Shown in pieces: positions 42,595 through 56,125 of a stretch of DNA of 64,000 bases. The notes below the pieces were generated by a model, which did not search any database, had not been told where the DNA came from, and saw only the letters and a program-made list of their open reading frames with translations. The DNA is from Auanema rhodensis (taxonomy: Eukaryota > Animalia > Nematoda): contig CAXKVF010000073.1 of assembly GCA_964057225.1 (NCBI GenBank), forward strand, positions 1,054,001 through 1,118,000. Reading direction: 5' to 3'. The first letter of the stretch is position 1. Every line of letters begins with the position of its first letter. The translations under genes and the position numbers were made by a program.

Positions 42595-45500
42595 GCACCA
42601 ATATCAATAAAAATTTGTTTTTAGACTAATATGGACATGGGGAATCTAATTTTGAAAACCGCATCTCTTCATCTTTCACGTGAAGCGAGTTACATACCAA
42701 GTGCACATCAAGTGTACATTTAATTAGCATAAATTAAAGTTCACGTAAATTTCAAAGTCATGGTTACCATGCACCAATATCAATAAAAATTTGTTTTTAG
42801 ACTAATATGGACATGGGGAATCTAATTTTAAAAACCGCATCTCTTTATCTTTCACGTGAAGCGAGTTACATACCAAGTGCACATCACGTGTACATTTAAT
42901 TAGCATAAATTAAAGTTCACGTAAATTTCAAAGTCATGGTTACCATGCACCAATATCAATAAAAATTTGTTTTTAGACTAATATGGACATGGGGAATCTA
43001 ATTTTGAAAACCGCATCTCTTTATCTTTCACGTGAAGCGAGTTACATACCAAGTGCACATCACGTGTACATTTAATTAGCATAAATTAAAGTTCACGTAA
43101 ATTTCAAAGTCATGGTTACCATGAACCAATATCAATAAAAATTTGTTTTTAGACTAATATGGACATGGGGAATCTAATTTTGAAAACCGCATCTCTTTAT
43201 CTTTCACGTGAAGCGAGTTACATACCAAGTGCACATCACGTGTACATTTAATTAGCATAAATTAAAGTTCACGTAAATTTCAAAGTCATGGTTACCATGC
43301 ACCAATATCAATAAAAATTTGTTTTTAGACTAATATGGACATGGGGAATCTAATTTTGAAAACCGCATCTCTTTATCTTTCACGTGAAGCGAGTTACATA
43401 CCAAGTGCACATCACGTGTACATTTAATTAGCATAAATTAAAGTTCACGTAAATTTCAAAGTCATGGTTACCATGAACCAATATCAATAAAAATTTGTTT
43501 TTCGACTAATATGGACATGGGGAATCTAATTTTGAAAACCGCATCTCTTTATCTTTCACGTGAAGCGAGTTACATATCAAGTGCACATCACGTGTACATT
43601 TAATTAGCATAAATTAAAGTTCACGTAAATTTCAAAGTCATGGTTACCATGCACCAATATCAATAAAAAATTGTTTTTAGACTAATATGGACATGGGGAA
43701 TCTAATTTTGAAAACCGCATCTCTTTATCTTTCACGTGAAGCGAGTTACATACCAAGTGCACATCACGTGTACATTTAATTAGCATAAATTAAAGTTCAC
43801 GTAAATTTCAAAGTCATGGTTACCATGCATCAATATCAATAAAAATTTGTTTTTAGACTAATATGGACATGGGGAATCTAATTTTGAAAACCGCATCTCT
43901 TTGTCTTTCACGTGAAGCGAGTTACATACCAAGTGCACATCACGTGTACATTTAATTAGCATAAATTAAAGTTCACGTAAATTTCAAAGTCATGGTTACC
44001 ATGAAGCAATATCAATAAAAATTTGTTTTTAGACTAATATGGAAATGGGGAATCTAATTTTGAAAACCGCATCTCTTTATCTTTCACGTGAAGCGAGTTA
44101 CATACCAAGTGCACATCACGTGTACATTCAATTAGCATAAATTAAAGTTCACGTAAATTTCAAAGTCATGGTTACCATGAACCAATATCAATAAAAATTT
44201 GTTTTTAGACTAATATGGACATGGGGAATCTAATTTTGAAAACCGCATCTCTTTATCTTTCACGTGAAGCGAGTTACATACCAAGTGCACATCACGTGTA
44301 CATTCAATTAGCATAAATTAAAGTTCACGTAAATTTCAAAGTCATGGTTACCATGAACCAATATCAATAAAAATTTGTTTTTAGACTAATATGGACATGG
44401 GGAATCTAATTTTGAAAACCGCATCTCTTTATCTTTCACGTGAAGCGAGTTACATACCAAGTGCACATCACGTGTACATTTAATTAGCATAAATTAAAGT
44501 TCACGTAAATTTCAAAGTCATGGTTACCATGCACCAATATCAATAAAAATTTGTTTTTAGACTAATATGGACATGGGGAATCTAATTTTGAAAACCGCAT
44601 CTCTTTATCTTTCACGTGAAGCGAGTTACATACCAAGTGCACATCAAGTGTACATTTAATCAGCATAAATTAAAGTTCACGTAAATTTCAAAGTCATGGT
44701 TACCATGCACCAATATCAATAAAAATTTGTTTTTAGACTAATATGGACATGGGGAATCTAATTTTGAAAACCGCATCTCTTTATCTTTCACGTGAAGCGA
44801 GTTACATACCAAGTGCACATCACGTGTACATTTAATTAGCATAAATTAAAGTTCACGTAAATTTCAAAGTCATGGTTACCATGCACCAATATCAATAAAA
44901 ATTTGTTTTTAGACTAATATGGACATGGGGAATCTAATTTTGAAAACCGCATCTCTTTATCTTTCACGTGAAGCGAGTTACATACCAAGTGCACATCAAG
45001 TGTACATTTAATCAGCATAAATTAAAGTTCACGTAAATTTCAAAGTCATGGTTACCATGCACCAATATCAATAAAAATTTGTTTTTAGACTAATATGGAC
45101 ATGGGGAATCTAATTTTGAAAACCGCATCTCTTTATCTTTCACGTGAAGCGAGTTACATACCAAGTGCACATCACGTGTACATTTAATTAGCATAAATTA
45201 AAGTTCACGTAAATTTCAAAGTCATGGTTACCATGAACCAATATCAATAAAAATTTGTTTTTAGACTAATATGGACATGGGGAATCTAATTTTGAAAACG
45301 CATCTCTTTATCTTTCACGTGAAGCGAGTTACATACCAAGTGCACATCACGTGTACATTTAATTAGCATAAATTAAAGTTCACGTAAATTTCAAAGTCAT
45401 GGTTACCATGCACCAATATCAATAAAAATTTGTTTTTAGACTAATATGGACATGGGGAATCTAATGTTGAAAACCGCATCTCTTCATCTTTCACGTGAAG

Positions 45501-48500
45501 CGAGTTACATACCAAGTGCACATCACGTGTACATTTAATTAGCATAAATTAAAGTTCACGTAAATTTCAAAGTCATGGTTACCATGCACCAATATCAATA
45601 AAAATTTGTTTTTAGACTAATATGGACATGGGGAATCTAATTTTGAAAACCGCATCTTTTTATCTTTCACGTGAAGCGAGTTACATACCAAGTGCACATC
45701 ACGTGTACATTTAATTAGCATAAATTAAAGTTCACGTAAATTTCAAAGTCATGGTTACCATGAACCAATATCAATAAAAATTTGTTTTTAGACTAATATG
45801 GACATGGGGAATCTAATTTTGAAAACCGCATCTCTTTATCTTTCACGTGAAGCGAGTTACATACCAAGTGCACATCACGTGTACATTTAATTAGCATAAA
45901 TTAAAGTTCACGTAAATTTCAAAGTCGTGGTTACCATGCACCAATATCAATAAAAATTCGTTTTTAGACTAATATGGACATGGGGAATCTAATTTTGAAA
46001 ACCGCATCTCTTTATCTTTCACGTGAAGCGAGTTACATACCAAGTGCACATCACGTGTACATTTAATTAGCATAAATTAAAGTTCACTTAAATTTCAAAG
46101 TCATGGTTACCATGCACCAATATCAATAAAAATTTGTTTTTAGACTAATATGGACATGGGGAATCTAATTTTGAAAACCGCATCTCTTTATCTTTCACGT
46201 GAAGCGAGTTACATACCAAGTGCACATCACGTGTACATTTAATTAGCATAAATTAAAGTTCACGTAAATTTCAAAGTCGTGGTTACCATGCACCAATATC
46301 AATAAAAATTCGTTTTTAGACTAATATGGACATGGGGAATCTAATTTTGAAAACCGCATCTCTTTATCTTTCACGTGAAGCGAGTTACATACCAAGTGCA
46401 CATCACGTGTACATTTAATTAGCATAAATTAAAGTTCACGTAAATTTCAAAGTCATGGTTACCATGAAGCAATATCAATAAAAATTTGTTTTTAGACTAA
46501 TATGGACATGGGGAATCTAATGTTGAAAACCGCATCTCTTCATCTTTCACGTGAAGCGAGTTACATACCAAGTGCACATCACGTGTACATTTAATTAGCA
46601 TAAATTAAAGTTCACGTAAATTTCAAAGTCATGGTTACCATGCACCAATATCAATAAAAATTTGTTTTTAGACTAATATGGACATGGGGAATCTAATTTT
46701 GAAAACCGCATCTCTTTATCTTTCACGTGAAGCGAGTTACATACCAAGTGCACATCACGTGTACATTTAATTAGCATAAATTAAAGTTCACGTAAATTTC
46801 AAAGTCATGGTTACCATGAACCAATATCAATAAAAATTTGTTTTTAGACTAATATGGACATGGGGAATCTAATTTTGAAAACCGCATCTCTTTATCTTTC
46901 ACGTGAAGCGAGTTACATACCAAGTGCACATCACGTGTACATTTAATTAGCATAAATTAAAGTTCACGTAAATTTCAAAGTCGTGGTTACCATGCACCAA
47001 TATCAATAAAAATTCGTTTTTAGACTAATATGGACATGGGGAATCTAATTTTGAAAACCGCATCTCTTTATCTTTCACGTGAAGCGAGTTACATACCGAG
47101 TGCACATCACGTGTACATTTAATTAGCATAAATTAAAGTTCACGTAAATTTCAAAGTCATGGTTACCATGCACCAATATCAATAAAAATTTGTTTTTAGA
47201 CTAATATGGACATGGGGAATCTAATTTTGAAAACCGCATCTCTTCATCTTTCACGTGAAGCGAGTTACATACCAAGTGCACATCAAGTGTACATTTAATT
47301 AGCATAAATTAAAGTTCACGTAAATTTCAAAGTCATGGTTACCATGCACCAATATCAATAAAAATTTGTTTTTAGACTAATATGGACATGGGGAATCTAA
47401 TTTTGAAAACCGCATCTCTTTATCTTTCACGTGAAGCGAGTTACATACCAAGTGCACATCACGTGTACATTTAATTAGCATAAATTAAAGTTCACGTAAA
47501 TTTCAAAGTCATGGTTACCATGCACCAATATCAATAAAAATTTGTTTTTAGACTAATATGGACATGGGGAATCTAATTTTGAAAACCGCATCTCTTTATC
47601 TTTCACGTGAAGCGAGTTACATACCAAGTGCACATCACGTGTACATTTAATTAGCATAAATTAAAGTTCACGTAAATTTCAAAGTCATGGTTACCATGAA
47701 CCAATATCAATAAAAATTTGTTTTTAGACTAATATGGACATGGGGAATCTAATTTTGAAAACCGCATCTCTTTATCTTTCACGTGAAGCGAGTTACATAC
47801 CAAGTGCACATCACGTGTACATTTAATTAGCATAAATTAAAGTTCACGTAAATTTCAAAGTCATGGTTACCATGCACCAATATCAATAAAAATTTGTTTT
47901 TAGACTAATATGGACATGGGGAATCTAATTTTGAAAACCGCATCTCTTTATCTTTCACGTGAAGCGAGTTACATACCAAGTGCACATCACGTGTACATTT
48001 AATTAGCATAAATTAAAGTTCACGTAAATTTCAAAGTCATGGTTACCATGAACCAATATCAATAAAAATTTGTTTTTAGACTAATATGGACATGGGGAAT
48101 CTAATTTTGAAAACCGCATCTCTTTATCTTTCACGTGAAGCGAGTTACATATCAAGTGCACATCACGTGTACATTTAATTAGCATAAATTAAAGTTCACG
48201 TAAATTTCAAAGTCATGGTTACCATGCACCAATATCAATAAAAAATTGTTTTTAGACTAATATGGACATGGGGAATCTAATTTTGAAAACCGCATCTCTT
48301 TATCTTTCACGTGAAGCGAGTTACATACCAAGTGCACATCACGTGTACATTTAATTAGCATAAATTAAAGTTCACGTAAATTTCAAAGTCATGGTTACCA
48401 TGCATCAATATCAATAAAAATTTGTTTTTAGACTAATATGGACATGGGGAATCTAATTTTGAAAACCGCATCTCTTCATCTTTCACGTGAAGCGAGTTAC

Positions 48501-51500
48501 ATACCAAGTGCACATCAAGTGTACATTTAATTAGCATAAATTAAAGTTCACGTAAATTTCAAAGTCATGGTTACCATGCACCAATATCAATAAAAATTTG
48601 TTTTTAGACTAATATGGACATGGGGAATCTAATTTTGAAAACCGCATCTCTTTATCTTTCACGTGAAGCGAGTTACATACCAAGTGCACATCACGTGTAC
48701 ATTTAATTAGCATAAATTAAAGTTCACGTAAATTTCAAAGTCATGGTTACCATGAAGCAATATCAATAAAAATTTGTTTTTAGACTAATATGGAAATGGG
48801 GAATCTAATTTTGAAAACCGCATCTCTTTATCTTTCACGTGAAGCGAGTTACATACCAAGTGCACATCACGTGTACATTCAATTAGCATAAATTAAAGTT
48901 CACGTAAATTTCAAAGTCATGGTTACCATGAACCAATATCAATAAAAATTTGTTTTTAGACTAATATGGACATGGGGAATCTAATTTTGAAAACCGCATC
49001 TCTTTATCTTTCACGTGAAGCGAGTTACATACCAAGTGCACATCACGTGTACATTTAATTAGCATAAATTAAAGTTCACGTAAATTTCAAAGTCATGGTT
49101 ACCATGCATCAATATCAATAAAAATTTGTTTTTAGACTAATATGGACATGGGGAATCTAATTTTGAAAACCGCATCTCTTCATCTTTCACGTGAAGCGAG
49201 TTACATACCAAGTGCACATCAAGTGTACATTTAATTAGCATAAATTAAAGTTCACGTAAATTTCAAAGTCATGGTTACCATGCACCAATATCAATAAAAA
49301 TTTGTTTTTAGACTAATATGGACATGGGGAATCTAATTTTGAAAACCGCATCTCTTTATCTTTCACGTGAAGCGAGTTACATACCAAGTGCACATCACGT
49401 GTACATTTAATTAGCATAAATTAAAGTTCACGTAAATTTCAAAGTCATGGTTACCATGAAGCAATATCAATAAAAATTTGTTTTTAGACTAATATGGAAA
49501 TGGGGAATCTAATTTTGAAAACCGCATCTCTTTATCTTTCACGTGAAGCGAGTTTCATACCAAGTGCACATCACGTGTACATTCAATTAGCATAAATTAA
49601 AGTTCACGTAAATTTCAAAGTCATGGTTACCATGAACCAATATCAATAAAAATTTGTTTTTAGACTAATATGGACATGGGGAATCTAATTTTGAAAACCG
49701 CATCTCTTTATCTTTCACGTGAAGCGAGTTACATACCAAGTGCACATCACGTGTACATTTAATTAGCATAAATTAAAGTTCACGTAAATTTCAAAGTCAT
49801 GGTTACCATGCATCAATATCAATAAAAATTTGTTTTTAGACTAATATGGACATGGGGAATCTAATTTTGAAAACCGCATCTCTTCATCTTTCACGTGAAG
49901 CGAGTTACATACCAAGTGCACATCAAGTGTACATTTAATTAGCATAAATTAAAGTTCACGTAAATTTCAAAGTCATGGTTACCATGCACCAATATCAATA
50001 AAAATTTGTTTTTAGACTAATATGGACATGGGGAATCTAATTTTGAAAACCGCATCTCTTTATCTTTCACGTGAAGCGAGTTACATACCAAGTGCACATC
50101 ACGTGTACATTTAATTAGCATAAATTAAAGTTCACGTAAATTTCAAAGTCATGGTTACCATGAAGCAATATCAATAAAAATTTGTTTTTAGACTAATATG
50201 GAAATGGGGAATCTAATTTTGAAAACCGCATCTCTTTATCTTTCACGTGAAGCGAGTTACATACCAAGTGCACATCACGTGTACATTCAATTAGCATAAA
50301 TTAAAGTTCACGTAAATTTCAAAGTCATGGTTACCATGCACCAATATCAATAAAAATTTGTTTTTAGACTAATATGGACATGGGGAATCTAATTTTGAAA
50401 ACCGCATCTCTTTATCTTTCACGTGAAGCGAGTTACATACCAAGTGCACATCAAGTGTACATTTAATTAGCATAAATTAAAGTTCACGTAAATTTCAAAG
50501 TCATGGTTACCATGCACCAATATCAATAAAAATTTGTTTTTAGACTAATATGGACATGGGGAATCTAATTTTGAAAACCGCATCTCTTTATCTTTCACGT
50601 GAAGCGAGTTACATACCAAGTGCACATCACGTGTACATTTAATTAGCATAAATTAAAGTTCACGTAAATTTCAAAGTCATGGTTACCATGAACCAATATC
50701 AATAAAAATTTGTTTTTAGACTAATATGGACATGGGGAATCTAATTTTGAAAACGCATCTCTTTATCTTTCACGTGAAGCGAGTTACATACCAAGTGCAC
50801 ATCACGTGTACATTTAATTAGCATAAATTAAAGTTCACGTAAATTTCAAAGTCATGGTTACCATGCACCAATATCAATAAAAATTTGTTTTTAGACTAAT
50901 ATGGACATGGGGAATCTAATGTTGAAAACCGCATCTCTTTATCTTTCACGTGAAGCGAGTTACATACCAAGTGCACATCACGTGTACATTTAATTAGCAT
51001 AAATTAAAGTTCACGTAAATTTCAAAGTCGTGGTTACCATGCACCAATATCAATAAAAATTCGTTTTTAGACTAATATGGACATGGGGAATCTAATTTTG
51101 AAAACCGCATCTCTTTATCTTTCACGTGAAGCGAGTTACATACCAAGTGCACATCACGTGTACATTTAATTAGCATAAATTAAAGTTCACGTAAATTTCA
51201 AAGTCATGGTTACCATGCACCAATATCAATAAAAATTTGTTTTTAGACTAATATGGACATGGGGAATCTAATTTTGAAAACCGCATCTTTTTATCTTTCA
51301 CGTGAAGCGAGTTACATACCAAGTGCACATCACGTGTACATTTAATTAGCATAAATTAAAGTTCACGTAAATTTCAAAGTCATGGTTACCATGAACCAAT
51401 ATCAATAAAAATTTGTTTTTAGACTAATATGGACATGGGGAATCTAATTTTGAAAACCGCATCTCTTTATCTTTCACGTGAAGCGAGTTACATACCAAGT

Positions 51501-52272
51501 GCACATCACGTGTACATTTAATTACCATAAATTAAAGTTCACGTAAATTTCAAAGTCATGGTTACCATGAAGCAATATCAATAAAAATTTGTTTTTAGAC
51601 TAATATGGACATGGGGAATCTAATGTTGAAAACCGCATCTCTTCATCTTTCACGTGAAGCGAGTTACATACCAAGTGCACATCACGTGTACATTTAATTA
51701 GCATAAATTAAAGTTCACGTAAATTTCAAAGTCATGGTTACCATGCACCAATATCAATAAAAATTTGTTTTTAGACTAATATGGACATGGGGAATCTAAT
51801 TTTGAAAACCGCATCTCTTTATCTTTCACGTGAAGCGAGTTACATACCAAGTGCACATCACGTGTACATTTAATTAGCATAAATTAAAGTTCACGTAAAT
51901 TTCAAAGTCATGGTTACCATGAACCAATATCAATAAAAATTTGTTTTTAGACTAATATGGACATGGGGAATCTAATTTTGAAAACCGCATCTCTTTATCT
52001 TTCACGTGAAGCGAGTTACATACCAAGTGCACATCACGTGTACATTTAATTAGCATAAATTAAAGTTCACGTAAATTTCAAAGTCGTGGTTACCATGCAC
52101 CAATATCAATAAAAATTCGTTTTTAGACTAATATGGACATGGGGAATCTAATTTTGAAAACCGCATCTCTTTATCTTTCACGTGAAGCGAGTTACATACC
52201 GAGTGCACATCACGTGTACATTTAATTAGCATAAATTAAAGTTCACGTAAATTTCAAAGTCATGGTTACCAT
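42595..52272 (+). repeat. Diverged large duplication, 26-mer (42595-47169) versus 29-mer (47170-52272), sharing a 1-bp deletion
   Basis: Shared order: 76C+117A; 103T; 20A; 4T; 4G+42A+127C; 117A; deletion of C at 65/66; 57G; 73T; 4G+57G+76C; 166G; 22C+105G. Confidence 0.78.
48402..50337 (+). repeat. Tetramer (704 bp) repeated ~2.75 times
   Basis: 4T+76C+117A monomers at 48402, 49106 and 49810. 4G+42A+127C monomers at 48754, 49458 and 50162. Confidence 0.85.
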
Positions 52273-54912
52273 GAAGCAATATCAATAAAAATTTGTTTTT
52301 AGACTAATATGGACATGGGGAATCTAATTTTGAAAACCGCATCTCTTTATCTTTCACGTGAAGCGAGTTACATACCAAGTGCACATCACGTGTACATTTA
52401 ATTAGCATAAATTAAAGTTCACGTAAATTTCAAAGTCATGGTTAACATGCACCAATATCAATAAAAATTTGTTTTTAGACTAATATGGACATGGGGAATC
52501 TAATTTTGAAAACCGCATCTCTTTATCTTTCACGTGAAGCGAGTTACATACCAAGTGCACATCACGTGTACATTTAATTAGCATAAATTAAAGTTCACGT
52601 AAATTTCAAAGTCATGGTTACCATGCACCAATATCAATAAAAATTTGTTTTTAGACTAATATGGACATGGGGAATCTAATGTTGAAAACCGCATCTCTTC
52701 ATCTTTCACGTGAAGCGAGTTACATACCAAGTGCACATCACGTGTACATTTAATTAGCATAAATTAAAGTTCACGTAAATTTCAAAGTCATGGTTACCAT
52801 GCACCAATATCAATAAAAATTTGTTTTTAGACTAATATGGACATGGGGAATCTAATTTTGAAAACCGCATCTTTTTATCTTTCACGTGAAGCGAGTTACA
52901 TACCAAGTGCACATCACGTGTACATTTAATTAGCATAAATTAAAGTTCACGTAAATTTCAAAGTCATGGTTACCATGAACCAATATCAATAAAAATTTGT
53001 TTTTAGACTAATATGGACATGGGGAATCTAATTTTGAAAACCGCATCTCTTTATCTTTCACGTGAAGCGAGTTACATACCAAGTGCACATCACGTGTACA
53101 TTTAATTACCATAAATTAAAGTTCACGTAAATTTCAAAGTCGTGGTTACCATGCACCAATATCAATAAAAATTTGTTTTTAGACTAATATGGACATGGGG
53201 AATCTAATTTTGAAAACCGCATCTCTTTATCTTTCACGTGAAGCGAGTTACATACCAAGTGCACATCACGTGTACATTTAATTACCATAAATTAAAGTTC
53301 ACGTAAATTTCAAAGTCGTGGTTACCATGCACCAATATCAATAAAAATTTGTTTTTAGACTAATATGGACATGGGGAATCTAATTTTGAAAACCGCATCT
53401 CTTTATCTTTCACGTGAAGCGAGTTACATACCAAGTGCACATCACGTGTACATTTAATTAGCATAAATTAAAGTTCACGTAAATTTCAAAGTCATGGTTA
53501 CCATGCACCAATATCAATAAAAATTTGTTTTTAGACTAATATGGACATGGGGAATCTAATGTTGAAAACCGCATCTCTTCATCTTTCACGTGAAGCGAGT
53601 TACATACCAAGTGCACATCACGTGTACATTTAATTAGCATAAATTAAAGTTCACGTAAATTTCAAAGTCATGGTTACCATGCACCAATATCAATAAAAAT
53701 TTGTTTTTAGACTAATATGGACATGGGGAATCTAATTTTGAAAACCGCATCTTTTTATCTTTCACGTGAAGCGAGTTACATACCAAGTGCACATCACGTG
53801 TACATTTAATTAGCATAAATTAAAGTTCACGTAAATTTCAAAGTCATGGTTACCATGAACCAATATCAATAAAAATTTGTTTTTAGACTAATATGGACAT
53901 GGGGAATCTAATTTTGAAAACCGCATCTCTTTATCTTTCACGTGAAGCGAGTTACATACCAAGTGCACATCACGTGTACATTTAATTACCATAAATTAAA
54001 GTTCACGTAAATTTCAAAGTCGTGGTTACCATGCACCAATATCAATAAAAATTCGTTTTTAGACTAATATGGACATGGGGAATCTAATTTTGAAAACCGC
54101 ATCTCTTTATCTTTCACGTGAAGCGAGTTACATACCAAGTGCACATCACGTGTACATTTAATTAGCATAAATTAAAGTTCACGTAAATTTCAAAGTCATG
54201 GTTACCATGCACCAATATCAATAAAAATTTGTTTTTAGACTAATATGGACATGGGGAATCTAATTTTGAAAACCGCATCTCTTTATCTTTCACGTGAAGC
54301 GAGTTACATACCAAGTGCACATCACGTGTACATTTAATTAGCATAAATTAAAGTTCACGTAAATTTCAAAGTCGTGGTTACCATGCACCAATATCAATAA
54401 AAATTCGTTTTTAGACTAATATGGACATGGGGAATCTAATTTTGAAAACCGCATCTCTTTATCTTTCACGTGAAGCGAGTTACATACCAAGTGCACATCA
54501 CGTGTACATTTAATTAGCATCAATTAAAGTTCACGTAAATTTCAAAGTCATGGTTACCATGAAGCAATATCAATAAAAATTTGTTTTTAGACTAATATGG
54601 ACATGGGGAATCTAATGTTGAAAACCGCATCTCTTCATCTTTCACGTGAAGCGAGTTACATACCAAGTGCACATCACGTGTACATTTAATTAGCATAAAT
54701 TAAAGTTCACGTAAATTTCAAAGTCATGGTTACCATGCACCAATATCAATAAAAATTTGTTTTTAGACTAATATGGACATGGGGAATCTAATTTTGAAAA
54801 CCGCATCTCTTTATCTTTCACGTGAAGCGAGTTACATACCAAGTGCACATCACGTGTACATTTAATTAGCATAAATTAAAGTTCACGTAAATTTCAAAGT
54901 CATGGTTACCAT

Positions 54913-55069
54913 GAAGCAATATCAATAAAAATTTGTTTTTAGACTAATATGGACATGGGGAATCTAATGTTGAAAACCGCATCTCTTCATCTTTCACGTG
55001 AAGCGAGTTATATACCAAGTGCACATCACGTGTACATTTAATTAGCATAATGGTTACCATGGTTACCAT
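54913..55069 (+). repeat. Aberrant 157-bp monomer (28-bp deletion plus 9-bp tandem duplication)
   Basis: Reads ATTAGCATAA-TGGTTACCA-TGGTTACCATG at 55041-55070 instead of ATTAGCATAA-ATTAAAGTTCACGTAAATTTCAAAGTCA-TGGTTACCATG. Downstream phase shifts by -19. Confidence 0.92.
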
Positions 55070-56125
55070 GCACCAATATCAATAAAAATTTGTTTTTAGA
55101 CTAATATGGACATGGGGAATCTAATTTTGAAAACCGCATCTCTTTATCTTTCACGTGAAGCGAGTTACATACCAAGTGCACATCACGTGTACATTTAATT
55201 AGCATAAATTAAAGTTCACGTAAATTTCAAAGTCATGGTTACCATGAACCAATATCAATAAAAATTTGTTTTTAGACTAATATGGACATGGGGAATCTAA
55301 TTTTGAAAACCGCATCTCTTTATCTTTCACGTGAAGCGAGTTACATACCAAGTGCACATCACGTGTACATTTAATTAGCATAAATTAAAGTTCACGTAAA
55401 TTTCAAAGTCGTGGTTACCATGCACCAATATCAATAAAAATTCGTTTTTAGACTAATATGGACATGGGGAATCTAATTTTGAAAACCGCATCTCTTTATC
55501 TTTCACGTGAAGCGAGTTACATACCAAGTGCACATCACGTGTACATTTAATTAGCATAAATTAAAGTTCACGTAAATTTCAAAGTCATGGTTACCATGCA
55601 CCAATATCAATGAAAATTTGTTTTTAGACTAATATGGACATGGGGAATCTAATTTTGAAAACCGCATCTCTTTATCTTTCACGTGAAGCGAGTTACATAC
55701 CAAGTGCACATCACGTGTACATTTAATTAGCATAAATTAAAGTTCACGTAAATTTCAAAGTCATGGTTACCATGAACCAATATCAATTAAAATTTGTTTT
55801 TAGACTAATATGGACATGGGCAATCTAATTTTGAAAACCGCATCTCTTTATCTTTCACGTGAAGCGAGTTACATACCAAGTGCACATCACGTGTACATTT
55901 AATTAGCATAAATTAAAGTTCACGTAAATTTCAAAGTCATGGTTACCATGCACCAATATCAATAAAAATTTGTTTTTAGACTAATATGGACATGGGGAAT
56001 CTAATTTTGAAAACCGCATCTCTTTATCTTTCACGTGAAGCGAGTTACATACCAAGTGCACATCACGTGTACATTTAATTAGCATAAATTAAAGTTCACG
56101 TAAATTTCAAAGTCATGGTTACCAT

